64,000 nt of DNA from a virus. Below, piece by piece: positions 52,523 through 60,806 of the stretch (its first letter is position 1; each line of letters opens with the position of its first letter). Position numbers and translations under genes: made by a program. The notes beneath the pieces are model-generated. The model saw only the letters and a program-made list of their open reading frames with translations, had not been told where the DNA came from and searched no databases. The stretch spans positions 127,967 through 191,966 of the IMG/VR virus record IMGVR_UViG_3300046777_002520. The stretch is one strand, 5' to 3'.

Positions 52523-52714
52523 ATGGCCGCAGAAATTATCGTCAGCATCAGTTCTACAGGCGACACCAAGGTTGAGGTGCAAGGTGGCAGCGGAGGCAGC
52601 TGCACCAGTCTGACCAAGGGTCTTGAGGAGGCTCTGGGTCGGACCACAGAGCAGGCTTACAAGCCTGAGTTCTACAACAAGCCCCAGGAACAACGTATTC
52701 AGAACAGGATCTAA
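52523..52714 (+). CDS. DUF2997 family protein
   Basis: IIVSISSTGDTKVEVQGGSGGSCTSLTKGLEEALG...KPEFY matches the DUF2997 pattern; ATG 52523 after GAGG. Confidence 0.75.
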   Translation: MAAEIIVSISSTGDTKVEVQGGSGGSCTSLTKGLEEALGRTTEQAYKPEFYNKPQEQRIQNRI

Positions 52715-52717
52715 ACC

Positions 52718-52987
52718 ATGCTGATCGAAGTCCGACCTGACGGCTCAATGAAGATGCTCTACGACGATTCCCTCAAGTCCCTGATGGACGAGGGCAAGAC
52801 CGAAGTCGCACGAGCGTCTGATGTTGAGCCTGACGGTAAGGGCGGTTGGACCGCCGACCTCACACGGGTCGGCGGTCCTGTTCTTGGGCCTTTCCCTCTA
52901 CGGGAGGACGCCCTGACCGCCGAAAAGGAATGGCTGTGGAACAACAGTTTCGGAGACAAGGAAGATGGTCGCAATAAACAACTATGA
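52718..52987 (+). CDS. conserved-looking hypothetical protein accompanying DUF2997
   Basis: IEVRPDG...RASDVEPDG.GGW.ADL...GGPVLGPF..R.DAL.AE..WL. Confidence 0.65.
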   Translation: MLIEVRPDGSMKMLYDDSLKSLMDEGKTEVARASDVEPDGKGGWTADLTRVGGPVLGPFPLREDALTAEKEWLWNNSFGDKEDGRNKQL

Positions 52988-53225
52988 TTCAGCCGCATCC
53001 AGGCTGATGACTTCTCAGGCTAAAACAGCCGAAGAGCTGCGCAGTACGCTTGAGGACCTGTACGGCAAAGACAACGTTTTCAGTACGACAGAAGCTACTG
53101 AAAAATTTAGCTTTCTCAGTTTCGCAGCGCCTTTGGTTGCGGTAGAACGTAAAATAGATGGGGTGAAAGGTGTTCTCGAATTCACGCATTCGCCACGATT
53201 CTACTTCAACTTTCGGAGCAACTAA
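52965..53225 (+). CDS. hypothetical protein
   Basis: 86 aa; C-terminal GVKGVLEFTHSPRFYFNF; overlaps the previous stop. Confidence 0.6.
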   Translation: MVAINNYDSAASRLMTSQAKTAEELRSTLEDLYGKDNVFSTTEATEKFSFLSFAAPLVAVERKIDGVKGVLEFTHSPRFYFNFRSN

Positions 53226-53226
53226 A

Positions 53227-53700
53227 ATGAAAGCGCGTTGGATGGAGATCAGACCACAAGACTTTGAAGCTGTTGTGGGTATGGGGGTTACTGTTCTCAA
53301 GAAAAATCCAACCAAGGTTCTTGGCTTGCTCAAGCGCTGTCTGCCAGGCGGTCCCAGGGATCACGCCGCTGTGGTAGTCGAGAACGAGGACGGCATTGTC
53401 GGATATGCTATCTACAGGCACTCGGGAGAGGCCGAGATCAAGATCAAGCAACTGGCTGTCACACCGCATTGTCGCCGTGAAGGCGCTGGCAGGACGGCCC
53501 TTAATTGGATCATCGATTGCTACGCAGCATCCAAGCGGTCAATCGTTGCCGACGTGTCTGAGAACAACTTCGCAGCCCAGAAGCTCTTTTCCTCTGTGGG
53601 GTTCAAAGCCCAGCTTGTCAGGAACAGCCGAGACGACGGCGACAAGTATCGATTCAGCTACAAAACTGCAGAGGACAAAGCGCAGAAAGAGAAAGTGTAA
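53227..53700 (+). CDS. GNAT (RimI-like) acetyltransferase
   Basis: Acetyl-CoA motif A LAVTPHCRREGAG and motif B NFAAQKLFSSVGF; ATG 53227 after GGAG. Confidence 0.8.
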   Translation: MKARWMEIRPQDFEAVVGMGVTVLKKNPTKVLGLLKRCLPGGPRDHAAVVVENEDGIVGYAIYRHSGEAEIKIKQLAVTPHCRREGAGRTALNWIIDCYAASKRSIVADVSENNFAAQKLFSSVGFKAQLVRNSRDDGDKYRFSYKTAEDKAQKEKV

Positions 53701-53930
53701 TGCGCATAACCGCCAGGCTGTATCTGGACTTCAACAAGCTGCATGACCAAAAAGAATTGATCGATAAACTTACGGCTATGCTTAATAGCAAACACGCCCA
53801 TCTGTTGAAGGGCGTGTCTGAGCTTATCGGTGAGATTCAGGAGCAGGCTGTTGACGAGAACAGCGTGCCTCCTAGAGTTGTCTATCTGACTTGTAAGCCT
53901 CAGCCATCTTCAAAAGAGTGCTCTTCTTAG
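53700..53930 (+). CDS. small hypothetical protein
   Basis: TAATG coupling to the GNAT gene; overlaps the convergent minus-strand gene by 59 bp. Confidence 0.5.
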   Translation: MRITARLYLDFNKLHDQKELIDKLTAMLNSKHAHLLKGVSELIGEIQEQAVDENSVPPRVVYLTCKPQPSSKECSS

Positions 53931-55047
53931 CTGAGGCTTCCTTACCGAACGGCTTGACATTGGAGGCTTCGGCAAGCCGTTCAAACAGCCGAGCATCGCC
54001 ACGAGGCAGCGTTCGCAATTCTTCAGCAAGCTTCTCGGCGTCCAGCATCAGGCCACCGGCAGAAACCCTTTCTACAAACTCTTCGCCCAGGATGTCCTTC
54101 AACCCGTCAACGGGAAGGTTCTCCAGGTCGGATTTCTTGTAGAAGCTGCCAGTGGTCAGCTGGACGCTCTCGTTCGAGAAGTCGCTAGCCTGCTTGACCG
54201 TGAACTGGAACAGGTCTTCAGGCTTGCCAATCGACGTGATCTTCTGCAACTTGTACTCGCGGTCGATCTTGTCGATCAGCGTGGCGATCTTGGTCATGCT
54301 GCCCATGTCGTGGGCATACTCCTTGTTGACCAGCAGGGCTTCAGCCGTCTTGGCCAGTGTGCGCTGGACATCCAGGTCCTTGCCCAGACGACGCAGTACC
54401 ATGGCTCGCTTGTAGAGCAGCTCGGCTGCGTTCTTTGCGCTGCCCAAGGCGGCTCCTGCCTGCTTGTAGAGATAGGTCTTGTCCGACTCGGACAGGTTCT
54501 CGGACAGTCCTGCCTTGAGGATCTTCTGGGCGATCTTCACCCTGTCGGAGTAAACAAAGTCGTCGCGGTACTTCTGCAGGTAGTCGCTGGCCGCTTTGAC
54601 TTCGTGAGCGTTGCGCAGGGGCATGTGGCGCTCTTTGGTGCCGTTGTCGTAGGCGACGACAAAAGCGAACTTCTCGTCAGGCAGGGTTTCAAGCGTATCG
54701 GCATTCAAAGCGGCGTGCTTTTCAAGCAGCTGGTCGATATGCCGCTTGATACCGAAAAAGCTAGCTGCCTTGACAATACGCTCGCGTATGTGGGAAGCTT
54801 TCTTGCCGAGACTTCCTTCGTTATCCAGAAGATACATCATGGATACGTAGGTGGCAGGTCCCGTATGACACGGGAAAGAAAGGGTGGTGGGATCGGCAAA
54901 AGCTGTCGGATTCTTTTCTTCAGCCGTATAGCTTATAGCTGACGAAGAAGCAGCCTTAACAAACTCTGGCGCTCCGTACAACTTAACCAGCCTGTGTAGG
55001 GCTTGGCCGTTAGCATCACCCTGCTGGTCGAAACGGATATTTGTCAT
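53872..55047 (-). CDS. K-x-A-rich hypothetical protein, probably internal virion protein
   Basis: RBS GAGGT on the minus strand about 10 nt before ATG (CAT 55045-55047). Repeated VKAASS, VKAASF, VKAASD, VKQASD and GKEASA motifs as in head proteins. Confidence 0.7.
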   Translation of the reverse strand: MTNIRFDQQGDANGQALHRLVKLYGAPEFVKAASSSAISYTAEEKNPTAFADPTTLSFPCHTGPATYVSMMYLLDNEGSLGKKASHIRERIVKAASFFGIKRHIDQLLEKHAALNADTLETLPDEKFAFVVAYDNGTKERHMPLRNAHEVKAASDYLQKYRDDFVYSDRVKIAQKILKAGLSENLSESDKTYLYKQAGAALGSAKNAAELLYKRAMVLRRLGKDLDVQRTLAKTAEALLVNKEYAHDMGSMTKIATLIDKIDREYKLQKITSIGKPEDLFQFTVKQASDFSNESVQLTTGSFYKKSDLENLPVDGLKDILGEEFVERVSAGGLMLDAEKLAEELRTLPRGDARLFERLAEASNVKPFGKEASAKKSTLLKMAEAYKSDRQL

Positions 55048-57733
55048 GATAAAGACAACCTCGCCCTTGTTGGAATTGGTCAAGTGGGAACCGCTTGTTC
55101 GTCATCTAGAATTAGGTGATAGCGTAAACGCCCTGCCTGCCGCAATCAACTGTCCGTTTTGTGGAGGCGTTAAAACAAACATCCTCTACCCCGATCCATT
55201 CTACAACAACGTATGGTTTCACTGCAATAATTGTAAAGCTGCTGGTGATCCCATAATGTTAGCAGCCAAGGCAATGGGTACGGATATACGAAGTACTGCG
55301 TTCACGCTTAAAGCGTTAGAACTTATTGATAATTATTATTACTTTACGGCTGCTTTAGACATATATCAATATAAAGTTTACAAAGCGCATTTGAAACACA
55401 TGGCTTTCTGGGAAAAGTGCAAAGCCAGCGACTTGATCTTCACATCGACAGAGATCAGGACGACCTGCGAAAGACTTGGCATATCCGTGCCCAGAGACGC
55501 CAGATACTGGAATAACGGCATGGGCAAACTGATCGGGTTTGCCAGCAGAGAAGACTGCGAGGCAGGAACGGCCCCACCCAAGATTCACGAGGAGAACGAC
55601 CCCTGCGAGTACACAAGGCATTCTGGAGACTACAGAAGCTTCATAGGAAAGCATTGGAAGAACGTGATAGTCGTACCGTTCTTCGACATGCCTGGGCGCA
55701 TCAGGGAGTTCAAGTTCATAGGCATGAATGAGGGCAGGCTTGTCTACGCGAACAAGATACTGCACCACAGGAAGATTCACCAGAAGTCTGCGGCGTTGGC
55801 TTTCTTCGACCAGATAGTGAAGGGTAGCAACCACGAGAATCTGGTCGTGACTGACACGCTGGAGACGGCCATCAGGCTGCACGCCAAACAGCTCAAGGAA
55901 GGAAGAAGTCTGCTGCCCATCGTTTCCGTGGCAGACTTCAACCAGCTGGACTTCCTGAAGTCGCTGTTCCCCTTCAAATTTACGCTGTGCAATCCCAAGC
56001 TGGGAGTGGAGACCTTTCCAGCCATCAAAGCCTCAAGGTCCAAGGTTTACATCGAGAGCAACGCCAACACGGTTCTTGCCAAGAACTCGACAGCTACCTG
56101 GCTGGACGTGGTGCGCAACTCAGCCAAGGACTGGAAAGACGTGCTGGAAAGCTGGTTGATGACAGTCAGAAAACCAGAGGCTCAGGCAGCTGTTGGAAAC
56201 ATAGAGTTCAGCACTCAAGACTTCCAAGATATAGACCAAGGAAACTATCCAAACATATCTGAAGTGCTTAAAGAGTTAGACAGGCATAATCACCGTGTCG
56301 TCACGGTCATGGGTGAGAAGTTCTATCAGACAGCCGACGGCTGGATTCTGCTCAGCAACCATAACGTGGTGTCGGCAGCTACCGTCACTATAGAGGCTAT
56401 CTTCAAAGACACAGACGATAGAGAAAAGATAGCTGGGTACGTCGCTTACCGACAAGACAGGTTCTCGTTCTTCAAGCCGTCTGTGGAGCTGAAGGACAAA
56501 GGCGCTGACTTCATACGCGACGTTCTAATTGACAACGGCATAGCTTGTGTCGATGTGGACAGAAGATTTACCAAGTTCTTCTACGACATAGCCTTGGCGT
56601 TTCACACACCCAGAGTGGTACACGTCTCTGACAACTTCGGCTGGAATCCGTCGGAGCAGCTGTTCAGGTTCAAGAGCTTCTCGATCAAAATCGACGGCAC
56701 TTACGCTCTGGACGAGATGACAACGCTGCAGCGAAGCCACACGCCTGGCTCGAACGTACTGCCTCCTGACGACGACAGCAAACCGACCATATCGGATTTC
56801 CTGTCCATCTCGGAAGACCACGAGTTTGGCTCGACGTTCTGGCTGCTGGCGGCTTACTGCGTCAGGTCGCTGCTGGCCCCTGTGCTGGGCCTGAAACCGA
56901 TGCCTGTGTTCTACTACTCGAAAAAGAACACGGAGGAGATGGTCCAAAAAGTCTGCGAGGTACTGAGCATCGTCGATACAGACGGACCCAAGTACAGCGA
57001 CAAGGTCAGGCATTGGCCGATGCTTTTGCCAGTCACGCTACGTAAACGGGTCAAGGGTTCGTTTGAGGTTTGGCTGACGACAGAAGACAAGCCAAACTGC
57101 ATTATCGAGGTCAAGCCTCAGGAGCTGCATCCTCTGCGCTTACTGGCCAACTACACGGTGTTCAGTCTCGATGCCACGGTCAGCGGCTCAGCCAACATGG
57201 CGGCTTATCGCAAGGTCATACCGCACTTCATGGTGTGGATGCTCAGCAAGTATGGTTTGAAGCTCCCAGACAGGGGAGACATCATGAAGAGCATACTAGA
57301 CCTGATGCGTCAGTGGCTTATCGAAAACAACTGCGCAGATCCCAAGGTATTTGACAAGGCTGAGGAAAAGATAAGCATAGGCCCAGACGGCTCTCTGGAA
57401 GTGTTAATGGAATGCTTGTCTGGCGTCTGCAGGACATTGGTGAAGAACAAGACTCTTAGCGTTGGCCTGTCGTTCATAAACAACGTCTGGCTTAAAGATG
57501 ACAAGTACGTCTTGATCGAAAAGACGAAGATCCTCAGAGTTTACGAGGAGCTGGGCTTCAGGCTCATAGACAGCCTGGAGATTGGCGACAAGCTGCGAGC
57601 GGCTTATCCTGACTCAAAGTGTCCAGAAGACAGGTGGCCAGTTCCCAGGTCCTGGTGGGACGACGTCGTTTACCAGGTGCAGTTCCAAGAAGCCAACAGG
57701 AAGATAAAGAGAAGGAGACCGAAGCGTGCCTAA
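55046..57733 (+). CDS. large replication-associated protein with N-terminal CHC2-like Zn finger (primase-like)
   Basis: CPFC...WFHCNNCKAAGDPIMLA matches primase Zn-binding domains. Central FGWNPSEQLF segment resembles DUF927-type primase-helicase domains. No intact Walker A seen. Confidence 0.55.
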   Translation: MIKTTSPLLELVKWEPLVRHLELGDSVNALPAAINCPFCGGVKTNILYPDPFYNNVWFHCNNCKAAGDPIMLAAKAMGTDIRSTAFTLKALELIDNYYYFTAALDIYQYKVYKAHLKHMAFWEKCKASDLIFTSTEIRTTCERLGISVPRDARYWNNGMGKLIGFASREDCEAGTAPPKIHEENDPCEYTRHSGDYRSFIGKHWKNVIVVPFFDMPGRIREFKFIGMNEGRLVYANKILHHRKIHQKSAALAFFDQIVKGSNHENLVVTDTLETAIRLHAKQLKEGRSLLPIVSVADFNQLDFLKSLFPFKFTLCNPKLGVETFPAIKASRSKVYIESNANTVLAKNSTATWLDVVRNSAKDWKDVLESWLMTVRKPEAQAAVGNIEFSTQDFQDIDQGNYPNISEVLKELDRHNHRVVTVMGEKFYQTADGWILLSNHNVVSAATVTIEAIFKDTDDREKIAGYVAYRQDRFSFFKPSVELKDKGADFIRDVLIDNGIACVDVDRRFTKFFYDIALAFHTPRVVHVSDNFGWNPSEQLFRFKSFSIKIDGTYALDEMTTLQRSHTPGSNVLPPDDDSKPTISDFLSISEDHEFGSTFWLLAAYCVRSLLAPVLGLKPMPVFYYSKKNTEEMVQKVCEVLSIVDTDGPKYSDKVRHWPMLLPVTLRKRVKGSFEVWLTTEDKPNCIIEVKPQELHPLRLLANYTVFSLDATVSGSANMAAYRKVIPHFMVWMLSKYGLKLPDRGDIMKSILDLMRQWLIENNCADPKVFDKAEEKISIGPDGSLEVLMECLSGVCRTLVKNKTLSVGLSFINNVWLKDDKYVLIEKTKILRVYEELGFRLIDSLEIGDKLRAAYPDSKCPEDRWPVPRSWWDDVVYQVQFQEANRKIKRRRPKRA

Positions 57734-57968
57734 GCCTCCAGAGAACCCGGACCATTACGACGGATACAGGGGAGTCACCTGCATCGAGGCCATTCGCAAC
57801 GCTTTGACCCCTGACGAGTTCAGGGGATTCCTGTGGGGCAACGTGCTGAAATATATGTGGCGTTGGCCCAAGAAGAACGGCAAGATCGACCTGAAAAAAG
57901 CCAGGTGGCTCATTGACCGACTGATCGAGCTGGAAGACGAGAAAGAGCCTACTCCCCCTCCCACGTAG
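57726..57968 (+). CDS. DUF3310 (SaV-like) family protein
   Basis: NPDHY...IEAIR...EFRGFLWGNVLKYMWRWPKKNGKIDLKKARWLIDRLI. Confidence 0.85.
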   Translation: MPKPPENPDHYDGYRGVTCIEAIRNALTPDEFRGFLWGNVLKYMWRWPKKNGKIDLKKARWLIDRLIELEDEKEPTPPPT

Positions 57969-59784
57969 TCGAGGGGTTGAGATGGCGTTCCATCTCCTCG
58001 GAAATGGTGAACTTGTTGGGCGTATTGAGGTTAGGCCACGAGTTGGTCGTGTACCAGAGTCCGCAGGCTCCGATGTTTACAGCCTGGGCGAAGTCATCGC
58101 TCAGCTGCGGATTGCGCGTGATGGTGTAGATGTCTGAACCGATTCTGGTTTCGGTCTTCTGCTCCACCAGCGCCAGGAAGTCGTGGATAAGCCCTGGGTC
58201 ATCCGTTGACCGGTAGTCGTACTTGAAGAAACGAATCTTCTTGAGCTTGATGGCGGCGCAGACAGTCAGCAGCGACCTTGTCTTGTCCACACGGTAATAC
58301 GTTCTGGGATTCCTGTCAGTCGGCTTCACCACGGACATTATCTTGGCCGTAGCAGCCCTGACGTACTGGATCGGTATGATGCGGTTGTAAGGCACCCCAG
58401 CCTGACACAGGAAAGTTTCACGCAACGATCCAGCGCCCGTGTAGTCGTGGGCAACGAACGAGCACCTGAAGACGTTGTAGAACTCAAGGCATTGCTTGGC
58501 TTCTTCCAGGTGGTCGTGTGGCGTCATCAATCTCCTGCCCCACAACACATCAATTGTTCCGTTGTTGGTGATTCCGAGAACCACAGCGACAGTGAGGCTC
58601 ACACCCTCTTCACCGCCGCCACCCCAGTCAACCGCCAGCATGGTGTGTCTGTACTTCTTGAAGTCAATCTGGCACTTCCTGGGGTTCCTCGGATCGTTCT
58701 CGTGAGGCAGCACGCAGGCGTCCTGAAGATCGTACATCGAGACAAGCTGCACGCCTGTGCCGCAGCTCTCTCCAAGAACTTCGTTCATGTACTTTTCTGG
58801 CGTGTAGTTGCCGTAGCCTTCTCGCTTGGCCAGCAGCTCGCCCCACTTGGCCCTGTCGGCGTAGTGAATGTGCATGATGGGCTGGGGAACGTGATAACCG
58901 GCAAACTGGAACCGACGCTCAGGGTACTTGTGAATCCAGCGCCCGTCGCCAGGGTAGATCACCTTGGAGCACTTGGCGCAGACTGTGCCAGGCCGATCCT
59001 CGCAGATGTCGTCGCTGTATGGCCCGATCATCTTCTCAAGGTCGTGTCTTATCGATGAGACATTCAGCTTCTTGCAGGACCGGCAGGGTATGCACCACTC
59101 GGCCTGCGAACTCATCAACCACAAACCCTCTATGGTATTCTCGGGCGTCTTCGGCGTCCCAGAAAACGAACTTATGGCCCATTTGCTAGCTGACATGGTC
59201 TCTTTGATAATCGGGATCAGATCCCGATTCATATCCTGAACTTCGTCGATGACAATCCTATCGGCGCGAATACCACGAACACGGTCGGCATCCAGCGATG
59301 CGAAACTGAACTGCATCATTGAGTGATTACGGAAAGACCTCTGGAGAACGGAGTTTTCCGTATTGTTCCCTAACCACAGGGAACGGATAGGCGACTGTTC
59401 AACGAACGGTCGCACATAGTTGTTTGACAGACGACGCACCTGCTCAAACAACGGAGTTATGTACAACGTGCGGAAGTAAGGAATGGAGGTACACGTTATG
59501 ACACCGTGAGCAGAGCCAACGGTAGACTTGCCCACCTGCCTTCCGGTTTTGAGCACTGTTGACTTCGGCATACGAATGTAGAACAGCGTTTCGAACTGGA
59601 AGTGGTTGTCCAGAGAGTACGGCTTCCCGTCGAGGGTCAGGACGAGGGGCAGAAGAGGAGAGAAGTTGGGTATACGCCCTTCATCGATCAGCTTCAGAAA
59701 GAGGTTCATCTTGTCATTGTCGGAAAGTTTGCTCATTTCCTTTTCGACAAGACTCTTAACGATTTCATCTTCAGGAGAGTGCAT
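57949..59784 (-). CDS. terL: terminase large subunit
   Basis: Walker A KTGRQVGKS, Walker B IVIDEVQD, coupling motif SGTPK, and nuclease acidic motifs AVDWGGG and DDFAQA. Start uncertain (ATG 59784 or TTG 59796). Confidence 0.9.
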   Translation of the reverse strand: MHSPEDEIVKSLVEKEMSKLSDNDKMNLFLKLIDEGRIPNFSPLLPLVLTLDGKPYSLDNHFQFETLFYIRMPKSTVLKTGRQVGKSTVGSAHGVITCTSIPYFRTLYITPLFEQVRRLSNNYVRPFVEQSPIRSLWLGNNTENSVLQRSFRNHSMMQFSFASLDADRVRGIRADRIVIDEVQDMNRDLIPIIKETMSASKWAISSFSGTPKTPENTIEGLWLMSSQAEWCIPCRSCKKLNVSSIRHDLEKMIGPYSDDICEDRPGTVCAKCSKVIYPGDGRWIHKYPERRFQFAGYHVPQPIMHIHYADRAKWGELLAKREGYGNYTPEKYMNEVLGESCGTGVQLVSMYDLQDACVLPHENDPRNPRKCQIDFKKYRHTMLAVDWGGGGEEGVSLTVAVVLGITNNGTIDVLWGRRLMTPHDHLEEAKQCLEFYNVFRCSFVAHDYTGAGSLRETFLCQAGVPYNRIIPIQYVRAATAKIMSVVKPTDRNPRTYYRVDKTRSLLTVCAAIKLKKIRFFKYDYRSTDDPGLIHDFLALVEQKTETRIGSDIYTITRNPQLSDDFAQAVNIGACGLWYTTNSWPNLNTPNKFTISEEMERHLNPSTTWEGE

Positions 59785-59904
59785 ATGAACAGCCAAGACG
59801 AGGATGGGTTTGTAAAAAGTCTATTCAATGATACCAACAATATTATCATTGAGTGTTGGCCTGTTATACTGGTAGTTGTTGTTATTTTGTATTGGGCTTC
59901 ATAG
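59785..59904 (+). CDS. possible 39-aa single-pass membrane protein
   Basis: MNSQDEDGFVKSLFNDTNNIIIECWPVILVVVVILYWAS; hydrophobic C-terminus; no clear RBS. Confidence 0.35.
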   Translation: MNSQDEDGFVKSLFNDTNNIIIECWPVILVVVVILYWAS

Positions 59905-59929
59905 CAGGTAATCAAGATGACCAGTCGCT

Positions 59930-60150
59930 CACCCAGACGGTGGCTTGAAAGGCGGGGGCTTGTCGGTACCTACCGAAAGCCCATGAGTACCATCAGTCTT
60001 CCAGCCCTCAGGTTGCGAGACTATCCTTTGGAGCCGCCTTTGCCACCCGCGAGCACTCGGGGTTATACCCAGGGTGATCCGGTACCGGACAGAGCCACGT
60101 CTGCTGAGTGGCCAAACTAGCAGGAGTTACCTTGCTAGGCGATCTGGGTG
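59930..60150. other. structured intergenic segment closed by a long-range 8-bp stem
   Basis: CACCCAGA (59930-59937) pairs with TCTGGGTG (60143-60150) and encloses several hairpins. Confidence 0.4.
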
Positions 60151-60292
60151 GAATCTTTATATTTACGCTGGCTGGTTGCGCTTTGTTGTGTTTCGTGACT
60201 GGCGGCTTTGTACCAATAGTGTTTGCTGGGGTTATCCTGTACTTTACGCTATATAGCTTTTCTTACGTGCAGGACAAAACCAAGTAAATGAC

Positions 60293-60316
60293 GCGGCCAG
60301 GGGAGACCCTGGCCGC
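60293..60316 (+). promoter_or_regulatory. perfect 10-bp GNRA hairpin upstream of an RBS
   Basis: GCGGCCAGGG-GAGA-CCCTGGCCGC with no T-run; 20 nt before ATG 60336. Confidence 0.6.
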
Positions 60317-60335
60317 TAGTATTTACAGGAGTCTT

Positions 60336-60617
60336 ATGGCTAAGACAAAAGTGGATCTGGGTCAGTGGACGGCCCAGTTTGAATGGCATTTACGGAGAAG
60401 GACTCTCCTTACGAAAAATGACGCAGACATTAGCGAAGAAGATATTAAGCGTGCGATCCAAGCTGGCCTGTCGCCTCTTGAGTACGTACGTGAGTTTATC
60501 GAGGATCGCGACCTTGACGACTGCGTCGAAGAGCCCTGGACCGGCCCGTCACCAGAATACTGGAGAGACTGGGAAAAACAGAATCCGCTACCGAGTCTAC
60601 ACCCAGACGGAGACTGA
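60336..60617 (+). CDS. hypothetical protein
   Basis: RBS AGGAG then ATG 60336; 93 aa. Confidence 0.65.
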   Translation: MAKTKVDLGQWTAQFEWHLRRRTLLTKNDADISEEDIKRAIQAGLSPLEYVREFIEDRDLDDCVEEPWTGPSPEYWRDWEKQNPLPSLHPDGD

Positions 60618-60804
60618 CGCCGGTTATCTGGGTCGAATTCTGGAACAAGCCATCGACGAGGCTCACCTCGCTGAGTATTTCCAGAAAGGTTATGGAAGCT
60701 ACTTCGTCCTCGACTTTCCAGAAGAGTACGAAGCCAAGTTTGAAATGCTGCTCAGCTTCAGCTGCGCAGTCAAATCGTACCACCTGCAGCATGTGAAGGA
60801 ATAA
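60514..60804 (+). CDS. hypothetical protein, start uncertain, overlapping the previous gene
   Basis: Protein-like C-terminal half (RIRYRVYTQ...YFVLDFPEEY); only TTG 60514 (GAGGA upstream) is a plausible start. Confidence 0.4.
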   Translation: MTTASKSPGPARHQNTGETGKNRIRYRVYTQTETDAGYLGRILEQAIDEAHLAEYFQKGYGSYFVLDFPEEYEAKFEMLLSFSCAVKSYHLQHVKE

Positions 60805-60806
60805 CA

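Noticed and set aside
52142-52714. 190-aa ORF as a single extended DUF2997 protein
   Set aside because: Only the last 63 aa look like DUF2997 and have their own ATG/RBS; the 5' part is dominated by RNA stems. Kept as a structured-element finding, not fully excluded.
53923-53932. Extra TTAGCT boundary copy
   Set aside because: Falls within doubly coding sequence, lacks the T-run and the downstream promoter motif; likely chance.
57949-59784. Intein or intron in terminase
   Set aside because: Length (about 611 aa) and motif spacing are continuous; no C/S...HN splice motifs or homing endonuclease seen.
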